A stretch of 64,000 nucleotides of DNA from Candidatus Bathyarchaeota archaeon (GTDB taxonomy: Archaea > Thermoproteota > Bathyarchaeia > Bathyarchaeales > Bathycorpusculaceae), in the NCBI GenBank assembly GCA_963733095.1, contig CAVTBV010000009.1, forward strand, positions 1-64,000, in the 5' to 3' direction. A program made the position numbers and the translations under genes. The stretch's first letter is position 1. Each line of letters opens with the position of its first letter. Positions 51,824 through 61,874 of the stretch are shown here, in pieces. The notes beneath the pieces are model-generated. The model made no database searches. It saw nothing but the letters and a program-made list of their open reading frames with translations, and had not been told where the DNA came from.

Positions 51824-52141
51824 TTGAGTACACGATCTGAAGAACGAAAAGGTAAAATGACAGTTGCTGAAGCGGGAAGGAAAGGAGGAGAAAAAACCGC
51901 TTCCACTCATGGACGCGAATTCTATGAAGAAATAGGACGTAAAGGCGGCGAAAAAGTCTCGATGGAACGAGGACCGGAATTTTACAGTGAAATTGGTAGC
52001 AAAGGCGGTTCTGAACGTGCCAAGCAACACGAAGGTTCCGTAGAAGCGAGGGGTAAAACAAGTCTAGAAGAAGCTGGTCATAGAGGTGGACAGAGAGTTC
52101 GACGACTAATCCAAGCGGGAAAGGAACACGAGGAAGAATAA
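51824..52141 (+). CDS. KGG/Em-like general stress protein
   Basis: MTVAEAGRKGG, HGREFYEEIGRKGG repeats. Confidence 0.9.
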   Translation: MSTRSEERKGKMTVAEAGRKGGEKTASTHGREFYEEIGRKGGEKVSMERGPEFYSEIGSKGGSERAKQHEGSVEARGKTSLEEAGHRGGQRVRRLIQAGKEHEEE

Positions 52142-52226
52142 GCAACCCAAAAATTAACCCAGATTTTATTGTTTAATCTTATTTTTCCCGTTCCTGGCTT
52201 AATTTATTTTTTGTGGAGGTGATTCT

Positions 52227-52415
52227 TTGGAAGAAAAAAAAGGTAAAATGACCGTTGAAGAAGCAGGCCGCAGAGGCGGTCTTAGAACTTCTGCAACTCA
52301 TGGCGAAGAATTCTACAGTGAAATAGGCCGCAAAGGAGGAAAGATAGGCGGACCAAGAGGAGGTCAAAGAGTTCACAAACTTATCCAGGAAAGAAGGGAA
52401 CACGAACGAGAATAG
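52227..52415 (+). CDS. KGG/Em-like general stress protein
   Basis: MTVEEAGRRGG, FYSEIGRKGG. Confidence 0.9.
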   Translation: MEEKKGKMTVEEAGRRGGLRTSATHGEEFYSEIGRKGGKIGGPRGGQRVHKLIQERREHERE

Positions 52416-52632
52416 GTGTCTTTCTTAGTTTATTGCATTTGAGTTTTTATTTTTAAATCTATAAATAGGTTATTCTATGCAAAAATTAACTAATTCTTAT
52501 TTTTGAAAGTCATTTCTAACACAAAAAGTAGCCTGTTGCTGTACATGAACAGCCACATACGTTTATGAGGCATGTTTCAAGCTAGAAATTGATGGAAAGG
52601 CAAACATTCAACTTTTTTTGGAGGTGATATGG

Positions 52633-52884
52633 TTGAGTGAGGACAAAAAGAAAGGCAAGATGACCGTTGAGGAGGCTGGTCGAATGGGCGGGGCTAAAAC
52701 CGCTGAAACACACGGACCGGAATTTTACAGTGAGATAGGTAGCAAAGGTGGTTCTCAACGGGCCAAGCAACATGAGGGCTCAATCGAAGCCCAGGGCAAA
52801 ACTAGCTTGGAAGAGGCAGGTCACCGTGGAGGTCAAAGAGTCAGGAAATTAATAGAACAAGGAAAAGAATATGCGGCAGAATAG
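52633..52884 (+). CDS. KGG/Em-like general stress protein
   Basis: MTVEEAGRMGG, FYSEIGSKGG. Confidence 0.9.
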   Translation: MSEDKKKGKMTVEEAGRMGGAKTAETHGPEFYSEIGSKGGSQRAKQHEGSIEAQGKTSLEEAGHRGGQRVRKLIEQGKEYAAE

Positions 52885-52941
52885 ATTTCAGAGCATTCTT
52901 AAAATTTCTAAGGTTGATTTTTCAAACAGAAGGTGAACCGT

Positions 52942-53140
52942 ATGGCTGATGAAAGAAGAAAAGGCCAAATGAGTGTTGAAGAGGCAGGACATTTAGGCGG
53001 CCAAAAAGGTGGACAAGAACCGCTGAGACTAATGGCCGCAAATTCTGCGAAGAAATAGGGCATAAAGGTGGGCAAAAAATTCGCCGGATTGTCCGAGAAG
53101 GGAAAGAACACGACGAAGAATCGGCAACTTGGTGTATAGT
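52942..53140 (+). pseudogene. KGG/Em-like protein, frameshifted
   Basis: MADERRKGQMSVEEAGHLGGQKGGQ, frameshift, then TAETNGRKFCEEIGHKGG. Confidence 0.75.
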
Positions 53141-53188
53141 GTCGTTTTTTCAATTGCCCTAAAAATTTTTGTTTGGAGGTGAAAAACT

Positions 53189-53470
53189 ACGAGTAAACAA
53201 GGAATAACAACTAAACGTAGTGGAATCGGTCAAGGTAGAGGAAATAGACAGCAATATACTGATAGGAGCGGAAGGTCTGGACGTGTTAGCCCAGCAATAG
53301 TGTTAAAGTACTTGGCTGGCATGCATTTTCCAGCTGAAAAAAAGAAACTGGTTGATAACGCCCAAAACAAAGACGCGCCAAACGACGTTCTAAACCTGAT
53401 AAATAAGTTACCTGACAAGACATACACGTCCCCCATAGACATAACAAAGGAAATCGGAAAAATCGAATAG
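53189..53470 (+). CDS. DUF2795-family protein (ACG at the expected start position; not in the ORF track)
   Basis: GGAGGTGA RBS; KYLAGMHFPAEKKKLVDNAQNKDAPNDVLNLINKLPDKTYTSP. Confidence 0.75.
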   Translation, partial: TSKQGITTKRSGIGQGRGNRQQYTDRSGRSGRVSPAIVLKYLAGMHFPAEKKKLVDNAQNKDAPNDVLNLINKLPDKTYTSPIDITKEIGKIE

Positions 53471-53647
53471 ATAACTCACAAAGTGTCTGCTTTCCGAATT
53501 TATTTTTTTGACAGTCGTAGGCAGTTTACTGTGTTTGCTTGATGGGTTTATGATTGCTTCTTTGATCCACATATGCTCAAGGACTATTTTAGGAAACTAT
53601 ACGTAAATAGGTTTTTTCCAGCTATGGGCGGAGAGATGATTTTGGAA

Positions 53648-53842
53648 ATGAAAAATGAGGAAGGGCAGAGGATGACTCGGCAGGAGGCTGGTAGGAAAGG
53701 TGGCGAGAAGGCGCGCGGGAAAGAGGAGCGGAGTTATACAGAAGGGTTGGTCGCAAGGGCGGTGAGACAGTGGTTGAGGTGTGTGGGTCAGAGTTCTACA
53801 GGCAAATTGGCTGTAGGGGCTGAGAAAGCAGGAGAAGCGTAA
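53648..53842 (+). pseudogene. KGG-repeat protein, frameshifted
   Basis: MTRQEAGRKGGEK, then in a shifted frame ELYRRVGRKGGE..EFYRQIG. Confidence 0.7.
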
Positions 53843-54005
53843 ACCGGACTGATAGAACTAAAGGTGGAGGTAGCAAAAGATTTTGGTCACCAGCACATGA
53901 ACGCAAATAAAATATGGTGTCCATAATTGTTCTCTTTTTCACAGGGTAGATCTAAAGATTGGTTGAACAAAATGTTGAAATAACATTATCGTCTATTTTT
54001 TGTTT

Positions 54006-54452
54006 ATGAAGAAAGTACTTGTTCTATATTATAGCCGAACAGGCAACACTGAAAAAATGGCAAACGCCGTTGCAGAGGGCCTTCAAAGCGGCGGCAAAAG
54101 CGTCGAAGTAGAATTAAGTTATCATGTAGACGCTGAAAACTTGGGTGTTTATGATGCTATTATAGTGGGGGCTCCAACCTACCATCATGACATGCCCATT
54201 GACTTTAAGAACCTATTCGAGCAAGCTGCTGTACAGGGTTTGAATTTGAAAGGTAAGATAGGTGCAGCGTTTGGTTCTTATGGCTGGAGCGGTGAAGCGC
54301 CAAAACTGATTTTGGAAATTTTGAAGAACAAGTTTGAGATGCAAGTGGTTGAGTTGCCTTTACTTTCAAAGTACACTCCAGACCAAACCATAGTCAACGC
54401 TTGCCGGGAACTTGGAAAACGGGTTTCCGAAAGCTTGATGAATCAGGCTTAA
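54006..54452 (+). CDS. Flavodoxin (FprA C-terminal-like)
   Basis: YYSRTGNTEKMA, GAPT, AFGSYGWSGEA. Confidence 0.92.
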   Translation: MKKVLVLYYSRTGNTEKMANAVAEGLQSGGKSVEVELSYHVDAENLGVYDAIIVGAPTYHHDMPIDFKNLFEQAAVQGLNLKGKIGAAFGSYGWSGEAPKLILEILKNKFEMQVVELPLLSKYTPDQTIVNACRELGKRVSESLMNQA

Positions 54453-54477
54453 CAATTAGCCTTAGGAGAAACTGTTT

Positions 54478-54966
54478 ATGGAAAAAAAGAAGGATAATGA
54501 CCTCCTAGATTTCTTGAAGAATCAAGTTACTGTTGAAAACGAAATAGTGTCCTCGCTCGAGAACGCGCTCGTCGACATGAAGAATCCTGCAGTTAAAGGA
54601 GTCTTGAAGGGTGTTTCTTTGGATTCTGTAAAGCACGCAGAGCTTTATTCAGCAGCCATTACCCTGTTGACACAGGCTTCTACAGCCTTAAATCAGGGCA
54701 ATCTTGATGAACAAAGGGAACTTATAAAAAAGCACATCGAGATTGAAGCAAAACTAATCAAGGTACTCCAAGAGAAAATACCGAAAATTGAAAATGAAAA
54801 AGTTGTGTTCCTTCTAAAAGCCATACTGGAAGATGAATGCAGGCACCATGCGATGCTTAAGATGGTTTTAGAAATAATCGTTCAGGGCGAAACCATAACA
54901 GAAGCTGACTGGTGGAAGATGCTCTGGGAAAACGTGCCGTTTCACGGCGCTCCCGGCGGCGGGTAA
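54478..54966 (+). CDS. Ferritin-like/rubrerythrin-like protein
   Basis: DSVKH and DECRHH four-helix di-iron motifs. Confidence 0.8.
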   Translation: MEKKKDNDLLDFLKNQVTVENEIVSSLENALVDMKNPAVKGVLKGVSLDSVKHAELYSAAITLLTQASTALNQGNLDEQRELIKKHIEIEAKLIKVLQEKIPKIENEKVVFLLKAILEDECRHHAMLKMVLEIIVQGETITEADWWKMLWENVPFHGAPGGG

Positions 54967-54984
54967 ACAAAAAATGGGGTTTAA

Positions 54985-55989
54985 CTAAGCGTTATCACTG
55001 CAGTTGATAATTTGCTGTGAAGAACTCCATGTTTCATCCACTATCTGCTGAAGCTCAGCCAGTACACTGGCTAACATCTCTCCTTTACATGTTAAACCGT
55101 AAGCTTTAGGCGTTTTTCTTATGAACACGAGTTTTTTGCCTTTTAACCCTCGAAGATACTTGTAGGTTCTCCTCAATGAGAGCCCTGTCTCTTTAGCAAG
55201 TTTTCCTGCAGATATGCCTTCATTTGGTAGGGTGTCGTAGACTTTCCGTTCGGTTTCCGTGAAGGTTTCTTTGCATGGGTCGCGTTTGGATTTGAAGAAG
55301 AATATGTAATCTCTCTCTTCGGGAGTTTCTATTAGACCAACAGAGCGTAAACGTTTTAGGATTCGTGATGCAATCTTTGAGGAGATTAAGTTTTCGATTT
55401 CCTCAAAAGTTTTGGGACCAGACAGAAGTGCTCTTAGAAGAGTTTCTTCGTAGCATTCAGAATGGGCTGGAAGTATCTCTGCAAATTCAGGGAAAGCTCC
55501 AAGCAAGTTTGTTAGACGACCACCGAAGGTGGTGGCGTAGTATTCATCCCGTGATTCAGTCGCTAATCCAACAGCCATTAGGGGTTGAAGGTATTCTTCG
55601 TTTATTGTGTCTTGGCTGTGTGTATGCCCGGTTTTCTTTAGTTCTTGCTGAAGTTGGCTAACCGAGTACCTACCGTTAACTATGGCTTTTAGGATGTGAA
55701 GTCGTGTCTCATTTTTGAGGACATTGAATAATTCTTTTATGTAGTTGGGGTTGTCCATGGTTTCGCGAAGTTTGCGGAGTTCGTTTTTTAGTTTGTAAAC
55801 TTGGCAGCGGGTTATGCATTCTAGGGGTGATGTGGGTGCGCAGTTTCTACATTCAGCGTCCAGTGTCTTTAGCATTGATACTAAGTCCCGGTTTTCGCTG
55901 TTTCGGGTTGGTTGTAGGACGTTACCCATTTGTTTGTTCTCCTTGTTAGCGTGTTTTTGGCGGTTTTGTGATTCTGTGGTTGGGTGCAA
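54985..55989 (-). CDS. Multi-wHTH protein with an N-terminal Cys cluster
   Basis: CRNC..CITRC followed by several wHTH units; likely start near 55929. Confidence 0.75.
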   Translation of the reverse strand: MHPTTESQNRQKHANKENKQMGNVLQPTRNSENRDLVSMLKTLDAECRNCAPTSPLECITRCQVYKLKNELRKLRETMDNPNYIKELFNVLKNETRLHILKAIVNGRYSVSQLQQELKKTGHTHSQDTINEEYLQPLMAVGLATESRDEYYATTFGGRLTNLLGAFPEFAEILPAHSECYEETLLRALLSGPKTFEEIENLISSKIASRILKRLRSVGLIETPEERDYIFFFKSKRDPCKETFTETERKVYDTLPNEGISAGKLAKETGLSLRRTYKYLRGLKGKKLVFIRKTPKAYGLTCKGEMLASVLAELQQIVDETWSSSQQIINCSDNA

Positions 55990-56016
55990 AACAGGTGTTG
56001 TGGTCTGCTAACCGTC

Positions 56017-56049
56017 ATGACACGCGTCATAAATTATGACATGCGACAT
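56017..56049. promoter_or_regulatory. Tandem ATGAC-N4-GTCAT operator
   Basis: ATGACACGCGTCAT and ATGACATGCGACAT between divergent regulator genes. Confidence 0.55.
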
Positions 56050-56082
56050 ATTTAAATAAGTTTCCCCACGAAATAAAGGTAA

Positions 56083-56472
56083 TTGGTGCGTAACTTGATA
56101 CTACCGTGCGAAGTAGGAGTAAAAACAGTCCTGCCAGCAGTAAAAGCAATAATGGCGAGATCCATCGTGGAAAAACATGGCTTAAACGAAAAACAAACCG
56201 CAAACCTCCTCGGTCTATCCCAATCTGCCGTCAGCAGGTACGTGGGAAGAGAAAGAGGCAACCTCCTCGCAATCGAAGGCACAACCGAAGTAGTTGCTCT
56301 AATCGAACAAATGGCCACCCACATAGTAAAATACCCAGACAACCGAATAGAATTCCTAAAACTCTTCTGCCAAACCTGCCAAACAATCAGGGAAAAAGGC
56401 TTAATGTGCACCCACTGCCAAAAAGAAATGCCCCCAGAATGGTCAGAAAAATGCCTGTTCTGCCGAGAATAA
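56083..56472 (+). CDS. HTH transcription regulator (COG2522-like)
   Basis: LPCE..LPA..A..L..GL.QSAVSRY..ERG; C-terminal Cys cluster. Confidence 0.82.
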   Translation: MVRNLILPCEVGVKTVLPAVKAIMARSIVEKHGLNEKQTANLLGLSQSAVSRYVGRERGNLLAIEGTTEVVALIEQMATHIVKYPDNRIEFLKLFCQTCQTIREKGLMCTHCQKEMPPEWSEKCLFCRE

Positions 56473-56525
56473 GCAACAATTAATATTTATTAAAAACATC
56501 GTTCCACTGATTTTGAGGAAACACC

Positions 56526-57491
56526 TTGTCATACGACGAGAACGCATTCTTGGACACCATAGAAAAAGTAAGCGAAAGCGTAGTTAACATAAGCACCATA
56601 AAACTTGTCCACAACATCTTCTATCAGGCAGTGCCCGTTGGAGGCACGGGTTCAGGCACCATCATCGACGACGGCTTAATCTTAACAAACAACCACGTGG
56701 TAGGTGGTGCAGAAAAAATCGACGTGACCCTATGGAACAACCAGGTTTTAGAAGGCACAATCGTCGGGTCATGCGCCATTCACGACATAGCCGTTGTTAA
56801 AGTTGCGGGAAAAGACCTGCAATCAGCTCAGTTGGGGGATTCTGATAAACTCAGGGTTGGGCAAAGAGTCTATGCTATCGGCAACCCATTCGGTTTGGCA
56901 GGCGGTCCAAGCGTCACCTCGGGAGTGATAAGCGCTGTAAACCGAACAATAGACTCAGAACGCGGTCTAATAGAGAATCTTGTTCAAACAGATGCGTCAA
57001 TTAATCCCGGAAACAGTGGCGGCCCTCTCGTTGACATGACTGGCAAAGTAGTCGCTATCAGCACGGCAATCATTCCTTACGCTCAGGGAATCGGGTTTGC
57101 GATTCCCATAAACTCCGCAAGAAGCTGCACAGACAACATCCTGACAGAGGGAGCAACCAAGAAACCTTGGCTGGGCATAGTCGGCTTAAGCATAACTTCA
57201 CAAATCGCCCATTACTATGGTCTCCCAGTTGACCACGGCGTATTAGTGACCAAAGTAGCTGAGGGAAGTCCAGCGGAAGCCGCAGACATGGAAGATGGCG
57301 ACATAATCCTGCAAATAGGAGATGTCGAATTACTTAGAATTGAGGATTTAGTTGCGCAGGTTCACATAAGAAAAGTTGGAGAGCAAGTGACAATTTTTGC
57401 TTTTCGAAACAGCGGGAAACACACTTTTGAGTTAAAACTCAGCGAAGCCCATAAATTATTCAGAGGGAAAAATCGTTTTGACCCAAATTGA
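56526..57491 (+). CDS. htrA: HtrA/DegP-family serine protease with PDZ domain
   Basis: TNNHVV, DIAV, QTDASINPGNSGGPL, PWLGI. Confidence 0.93.
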   Translation: MSYDENAFLDTIEKVSESVVNISTIKLVHNIFYQAVPVGGTGSGTIIDDGLILTNNHVVGGAEKIDVTLWNNQVLEGTIVGSCAIHDIAVVKVAGKDLQSAQLGDSDKLRVGQRVYAIGNPFGLAGGPSVTSGVISAVNRTIDSERGLIENLVQTDASINPGNSGGPLVDMTGKVVAISTAIIPYAQGIGFAIPINSARSCTDNILTEGATKKPWLGIVGLSITSQIAHYYGLPVDHGVLVTKVAEGSPAEAADMEDGDIILQIGDVELLRIEDLVAQVHIRKVGEQVTIFAFRNSGKHTFELKLSEAHKLFRGKNRFDPN

Positions 57492-57903
57492 AATTAGCTA
57501 CTTTTTAAAAAAAGCAAAAACTATAGCAATGGTTGGGTTGTCCCCCGATTCGCAAAAACATAGTTTCCAAGTAGGTTTCTATCTTAAACGTCATGGTTAC
57601 CGCATCATACCAGTAAATCCCATGGCGAAAAAGATTTTAGGCGAAAAAAGTTACAAGAACCTCCTTAGCATTCCATTGGAAGTCCAGAAAATCATAGATA
57701 TCGTTGACATCTTTAGGAAGCCTGAGGATGTGTCGCCGATTGTTGAGCAAGCAATCCAACTAAAAAGCAAAGTTGGCAGGCCCTTAATTGTTTGGATGCA
57801 GCAAGGCATAGTTAATGAGGCGGCGGCTGAAACAGCAAGAAAAGCTGGGCTCACCGTGGTTATGGATAAATGTCTGATGATTGAGCATCATCGCTTATGT
57901 TAA
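57478..57903 (+). CDS. CoA-binding protein (YccU-like)
   Basis: IAMVGLS, IIPVNP, VDIFR, VWMQQG, MDKCLMIEH. Confidence 0.9.
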   Translation: MTQIEISYFLKKAKTIAMVGLSPDSQKHSFQVGFYLKRHGYRIIPVNPMAKKILGEKSYKNLLSIPLEVQKIIDIVDIFRKPEDVSPIVEQAIQLKSKVGRPLIVWMQQGIVNEAAAETARKAGLTVVMDKCLMIEHHRLC

Positions 57904-57907
57904 GCTT

Positions 57908-58771
57908 CTATATAGAGCCAAGCAGCAAAGACACAACCGTTGCGACTATAACGATAGCTATCGTTTCGGCGAGAGTAACTTTCCAATTTACCCTCGTCTT
58001 ATTTGAGCGGTAGCGCGCCAGGAATACCCCTGAGATAATAACGACTTCCCCCAACGATACAGCAATGTTGTAGAGAGGGGGCAAAGCAAGGTAGGTTGCT
58101 ATTGGAATAATGCCAGCCACAAAAGTGGTTACCCCAGATATTGTGGCGCCATAAAGGTTCGACCTATGTATTTGTTTACTAAGCACTGTGAACAGTTTCT
58201 GGACAAGCAGCAGCGACTTATCACGCTCTTTCTTATCTGGTATGTCGCTTAAACTATAATTCATCAAATTCTGCAGTGTCATGATGTCCGCTAAATCTGC
58301 GGTGATTCCGCCAAGCAGAAAACTCGAAAAACCAGTTATGGCTACGGCGCTCAAAGTTAATAACGCAGCGAAAATGAGGGTTCTGGGGTCACCCAGTAGT
58401 GTTTGGGTACCCGTTAAGGAGGCTATGAAAGCTGAGAGAATTACAACTAAGCTGGTTATTGAGCCATCAACCAATCCAGCGACAATTTCCATGATGGGCT
58501 CTTTCTTTAGTAAGAGACTTTCCCATTCTTTGCCCAGTTTTTGTCCCTGTGGTGTCAACTGCACTGTGTCCGCTTTTTCTACTATAAGTCCTTCGGCAGC
58601 CATTTCTTTTAGCGCTTTATCGAGTTCACTCATTTCGATGCAGGCATAGTTGACACAGACACGGTCAATGCGGTTTTTAAGAGTTGTTTTCTTTATTTTA
58701 GTACGTTTAGTTAGGTTTAAAAGAACAATAACTCTGATAACGTCAGGCAACTCTTGGATTTCAAAGGCCAA
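57908..58771 (-). CDS. wHTH fused to a VIT1/CCC1-like membrane domain
   Basis: N-terminal wHTH (..EGLI..VQLTPQG) followed by AGLVDG and TM helices. Confidence 0.7.
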   Translation of the reverse strand: MAFEIQELPDVIRVIVLLNLTKRTKIKKTTLKNRIDRVCVNYACIEMSELDKALKEMAAEGLIVEKADTVQLTPQGQKLGKEWESLLLKKEPIMEIVAGLVDGSITSLVVILSAFIASLTGTQTLLGDPRTLIFAALLTLSAVAITGFSSFLLGGITADLADIMTLQNLMNYSLSDIPDKKERDKSLLLVQKLFTVLSKQIHRSNLYGATISGVTTFVAGIIPIATYLALPPLYNIAVSLGEVVIISGVFLARYRSNKTRVNWKVTLAETIAIVIVATVVSLLLGSI

Positions 58772-58980
58772 CTAGATGAATCCACCGATTAATACTCAAA
58801 TAATTTTTAGGGAACTAATAACTTTTCGTAAACTAATTGATGAACTTTAACAGATTTTAACATTTCAAAAATGTCTGCCAAAAACTCCAATGAAGTCTGG
58901 AGTTTAGCTTAAACCTAAATACACCCTCGCTTACTGTAAAAGTAAATAAATAGGTTGACCTAACATTACAGAAACTTAGC

Positions 58981-60795
58981 TTGGTGAAAACAGTGAAGCG
59001 AACGTATGCAATCCTGTTAATTATAGCTTTCTCACTATTGATTATCTTACCAGTTGCTCTGCCTTCTGGCGTTGTTTCTGCTCAAACCAGCGGTTACACT
59101 ATTGACAGAGTGGATCATCAGGTTCAGGTAATGTATTCTGGGCACGTTGTCATTATAGACACGATTCATGTTTCAGGTCAGATAACTAATGGCTTCATGA
59201 TTGGGTTACCCTACAAGTACAGTGCCGATGTGCTGCAGGGAATAGCATACGATGATACGCATGTTTACCAGATGAATTTGGGTGTTCAACTTGGCGACCG
59301 TAGTGGATTCTATGGAGCAACAATAGATTTCAACGGAAACACTCCAAGCGTATTCAATGTCGTCTTTGTTCTATCCAACAATCTCATCTCTGAGCAAGGC
59401 AACGGTGTTGACGACCTTAATTTTCCAGCTTACCCAAGTCTAACCCAAGATGTTGGCACCTGCAATGTTACGTTGACTTTTCCCAGCACCCCCACAAGCC
59501 TGACCATAACCAAAGATGACGGCGTTATCAACGATGCTGTTTACTCAAAATCAAACTTGCCCGCTTACACATACGCTCCAGCTACAGCTAGCTTCCAAGT
59601 TCCCACAGGAACCCTGCAGTTAACCACAATAAGCAGCTTAAACCGCCAAATAACCATCGCCTCAACAGGAAAAGTAACCGCCTCCGACAGCTACCGAATC
59701 ATCAACAACTCCACATCACTCCTGACTTCATATGTACTTACGTTGCCTCTAGAAGCGACAAATATAGCCGTGAGAGATCAATTTGGAAACTTGGAATTCA
59801 GTCTTGTTGCGTCCGCAAGCGGCAATGTACAGTTGGCTAATGCCACTTTAGTTACCTATTTATCGAGCGGGCAGTCAACAGTGTTAACTGCACACTACAA
59901 TTTGCCCAGCGCCACCCTTGAAGGCGCCAACTATGTTCTATCCAACTTCCAACTCTTCCCCGAGTTCGCCTACTTCGTTAATTCGGCAACTATAAAATTT
60001 ACACCACCTGAAGGAGCAACTATTGTTACTCCTCAAGCCTCTTCTCTGGATTCATCCTCAACTTTAACTAGAGAAACCTATCAAGACACCTTATCAGTGA
60101 CAAGAAACGCTTTAAGCTACGTGGATTATCTTGCACCACAAAAGAACACCCTTCAATTTTCCTTCAACTATAACCCGGTTTGGGTTTCTCTTAGACCCAC
60201 TTTTTGGGCTTCACTCTTGGCAGTTGTTGGATGCGTAGCGGTCTTTTTCGTTAGAAGAAGCAAACCCAAAGAGGAGACATATGCAGACAGGACTGAACGT
60301 TTAGCAATACTTGAACCGTCGCCAATAACATTACCGCAACCCAAAGGAGCGGAAGTTAGGGCTGCCAAACATGCCACTGCAGAGAACATTAAACAATTCA
60401 TAGATGCATACGAAGACAAAAAACAACTAAAAGCTGAATTAAAATCGATGGATATAAAGGCACAGAAAGGAAAAATCCCAAGACGCCAATACAAGGTTCA
60501 GAGAAACGCCATAGAAGTTCGCTTAGAAGGCATAGACCGAAACATCGCCAAGACAAAAGAAACATTCAAAGGAACAACCGGCGGCTACACTGATTTGGTC
60601 AAGCAACTGGACTTGGCTGAAGCAGACCTAAATGAAGCTGAAGAAAACATCAAAACCTTAGAATCTCGCCGAAGCACCGGCGAAATTTCGATTGAAGTCT
60701 ACAAGAAAAGCGTCGGAGACTACCAGAAACAACGAGACAAAGCTGAATCTGCCATCAACGGAATCTTGCTCAGATTACGTGAAAAAATACGTTAA
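58981..60795 (+). CDS. Ribophorin-I-like membrane glycoprotein with a cytosolic coiled-coil
   Basis: Signal peptide; ISSLNRQITIASTGKVTASDSYRIIN; TM; helical tail. Confidence 0.6.
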   Translation: MVKTVKRTYAILLIIAFSLLIILPVALPSGVVSAQTSGYTIDRVDHQVQVMYSGHVVIIDTIHVSGQITNGFMIGLPYKYSADVLQGIAYDDTHVYQMNLGVQLGDRSGFYGATIDFNGNTPSVFNVVFVLSNNLISEQGNGVDDLNFPAYPSLTQDVGTCNVTLTFPSTPTSLTITKDDGVINDAVYSKSNLPAYTYAPATASFQVPTGTLQLTTISSLNRQITIASTGKVTASDSYRIINNSTSLLTSYVLTLPLEATNIAVRDQFGNLEFSLVASASGNVQLANATLVTYLSSGQSTVLTAHYNLPSATLEGANYVLSNFQLFPEFAYFVNSATIKFTPPEGATIVTPQASSLDSSSTLTRETYQDTLSVTRNALSYVDYLAPQKNTLQFSFNYNPVWVSLRPTFWASLLAVVGCVAVFFVRRSKPKEETYADRTERLAILEPSPITLPQPKGAEVRAAKHATAENIKQFIDAYEDKKQLKAELKSMDIKAQKGKIPRRQYKVQRNAIEVRLEGIDRNIAKTKETFKGTTGGYTDLVKQLDLAEADLNEAEENIKTLESRRSTGEISIEVYKKSVGDYQKQRDKAESAINGILLRLREKIR

Positions 60796-60862
60796 AACAC
60801 CTAAACCCTTTTATTTTACTGCTCAACTTTTGAAAGAAATATATCCTAGAGGTAAGACAAAA

Positions 60863-61042
60863 ATGGTAAAAATTGTTGTCGATCCTAAATGCACTGGATG
60901 CGAAACTTGTGTCAACACTTGCCCCGTCGGCGTATATGAAATCAAAGACGGCAAATCAGTACCAAGCAAGTCAAGCGAATGCTTGGTTTGCAGAGCATGT
61001 GAAGCACAATGTCCAGAAGGTGCAATTCAGGTAATCGAATAA
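60863..61042 (+). CDS. 2[4Fe-4S] ferredoxin
   Basis: CTGCETCVNTCP and CLVCRACEAQCP. Confidence 0.95.
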   Translation: MVKIVVDPKCTGCETCVNTCPVGVYEIKDGKSVPSKSSECLVCRACEAQCPEGAIQVIE

Positions 61043-61510
61043 ACCAAAATTTCTATGCTACCCTCTCATCCAATTGAGAGAGCTTCCCTTTTATTAGTCA
61101 AAAATTTTTCAACAATCCATTTTTTTGAAACTAGAAGAAACTTAGCAGAGCAGAAGAATGTTTTGTTAGTCTTCGAGGTTTAGCAAAAACTCAACTATTC
61201 GAGCAAGCTGCTTTGCTGTTGCAGTGTCGAGGGTTTGTTCTTCCTCTATGTTTGTGAGTGAATTATCGGTTTGCATAGTCTTCCTATTGACTACTTTTGT
61301 TATAACAATATCTCTGTTGTATACTTCGAAGTTCGAAGTAGCGGAAAACTGAGAGTTAATGTTTTAGCATTTTCATTTAAATTCATAAGCGATAACTTGA
61401 GCACAGGTGCATAAAGGTTACACTAATAGTGTTTAATTCAGCTTTTTCCATTGAAATCGGGTTGATGTCTCAGGTAAAAGTTATATGTTAAAACACGTTA
61501 ATCTTGCTCT

Positions 61511-61786
61511 ATGCCAGACAAAGTACACTGTTGCCACATACTGGTCAAAACAGAAACAGAAGCAAAATATGCCAAAGCCCGCCTAGACAAAGGCGAAAAA
61601 TTCGGCGCCGTAGCCCAGCAAATCTCCCTTTGCCCATCCGGAAAGAAAGGCGGAGACCTCGGCACCTTCACAAGAGGCAAGATGGTTAAGGAATTCGAGA
61701 AAACAGCCTTCGAACTCGAGAAGGGCCAAACTTCTGCTCCCGTAAAGACCAAGTTTGGGTACCACATCATAAAACGAATAGAATAA
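61511..61786 (+). CDS. ppiC: Parvulin-type peptidyl-prolyl isomerase
   Basis: HILVK, SLCPSGKKGGDLG, FGYHII. Confidence 0.93.
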   Translation: MPDKVHCCHILVKTETEAKYAKARLDKGEKFGAVAQQISLCPSGKKGGDLGTFTRGKMVKEFEKTAFELEKGQTSAPVKTKFGYHIIKRIE

Positions 61787-61874
61787 ATTTGAACCCAACA
61801 GAGTTAGTTTCACCCCCGATAGCTTTTATATGAAAATAGCTTCTATCAATACCTATTATTGCTGGACTTGAAAA

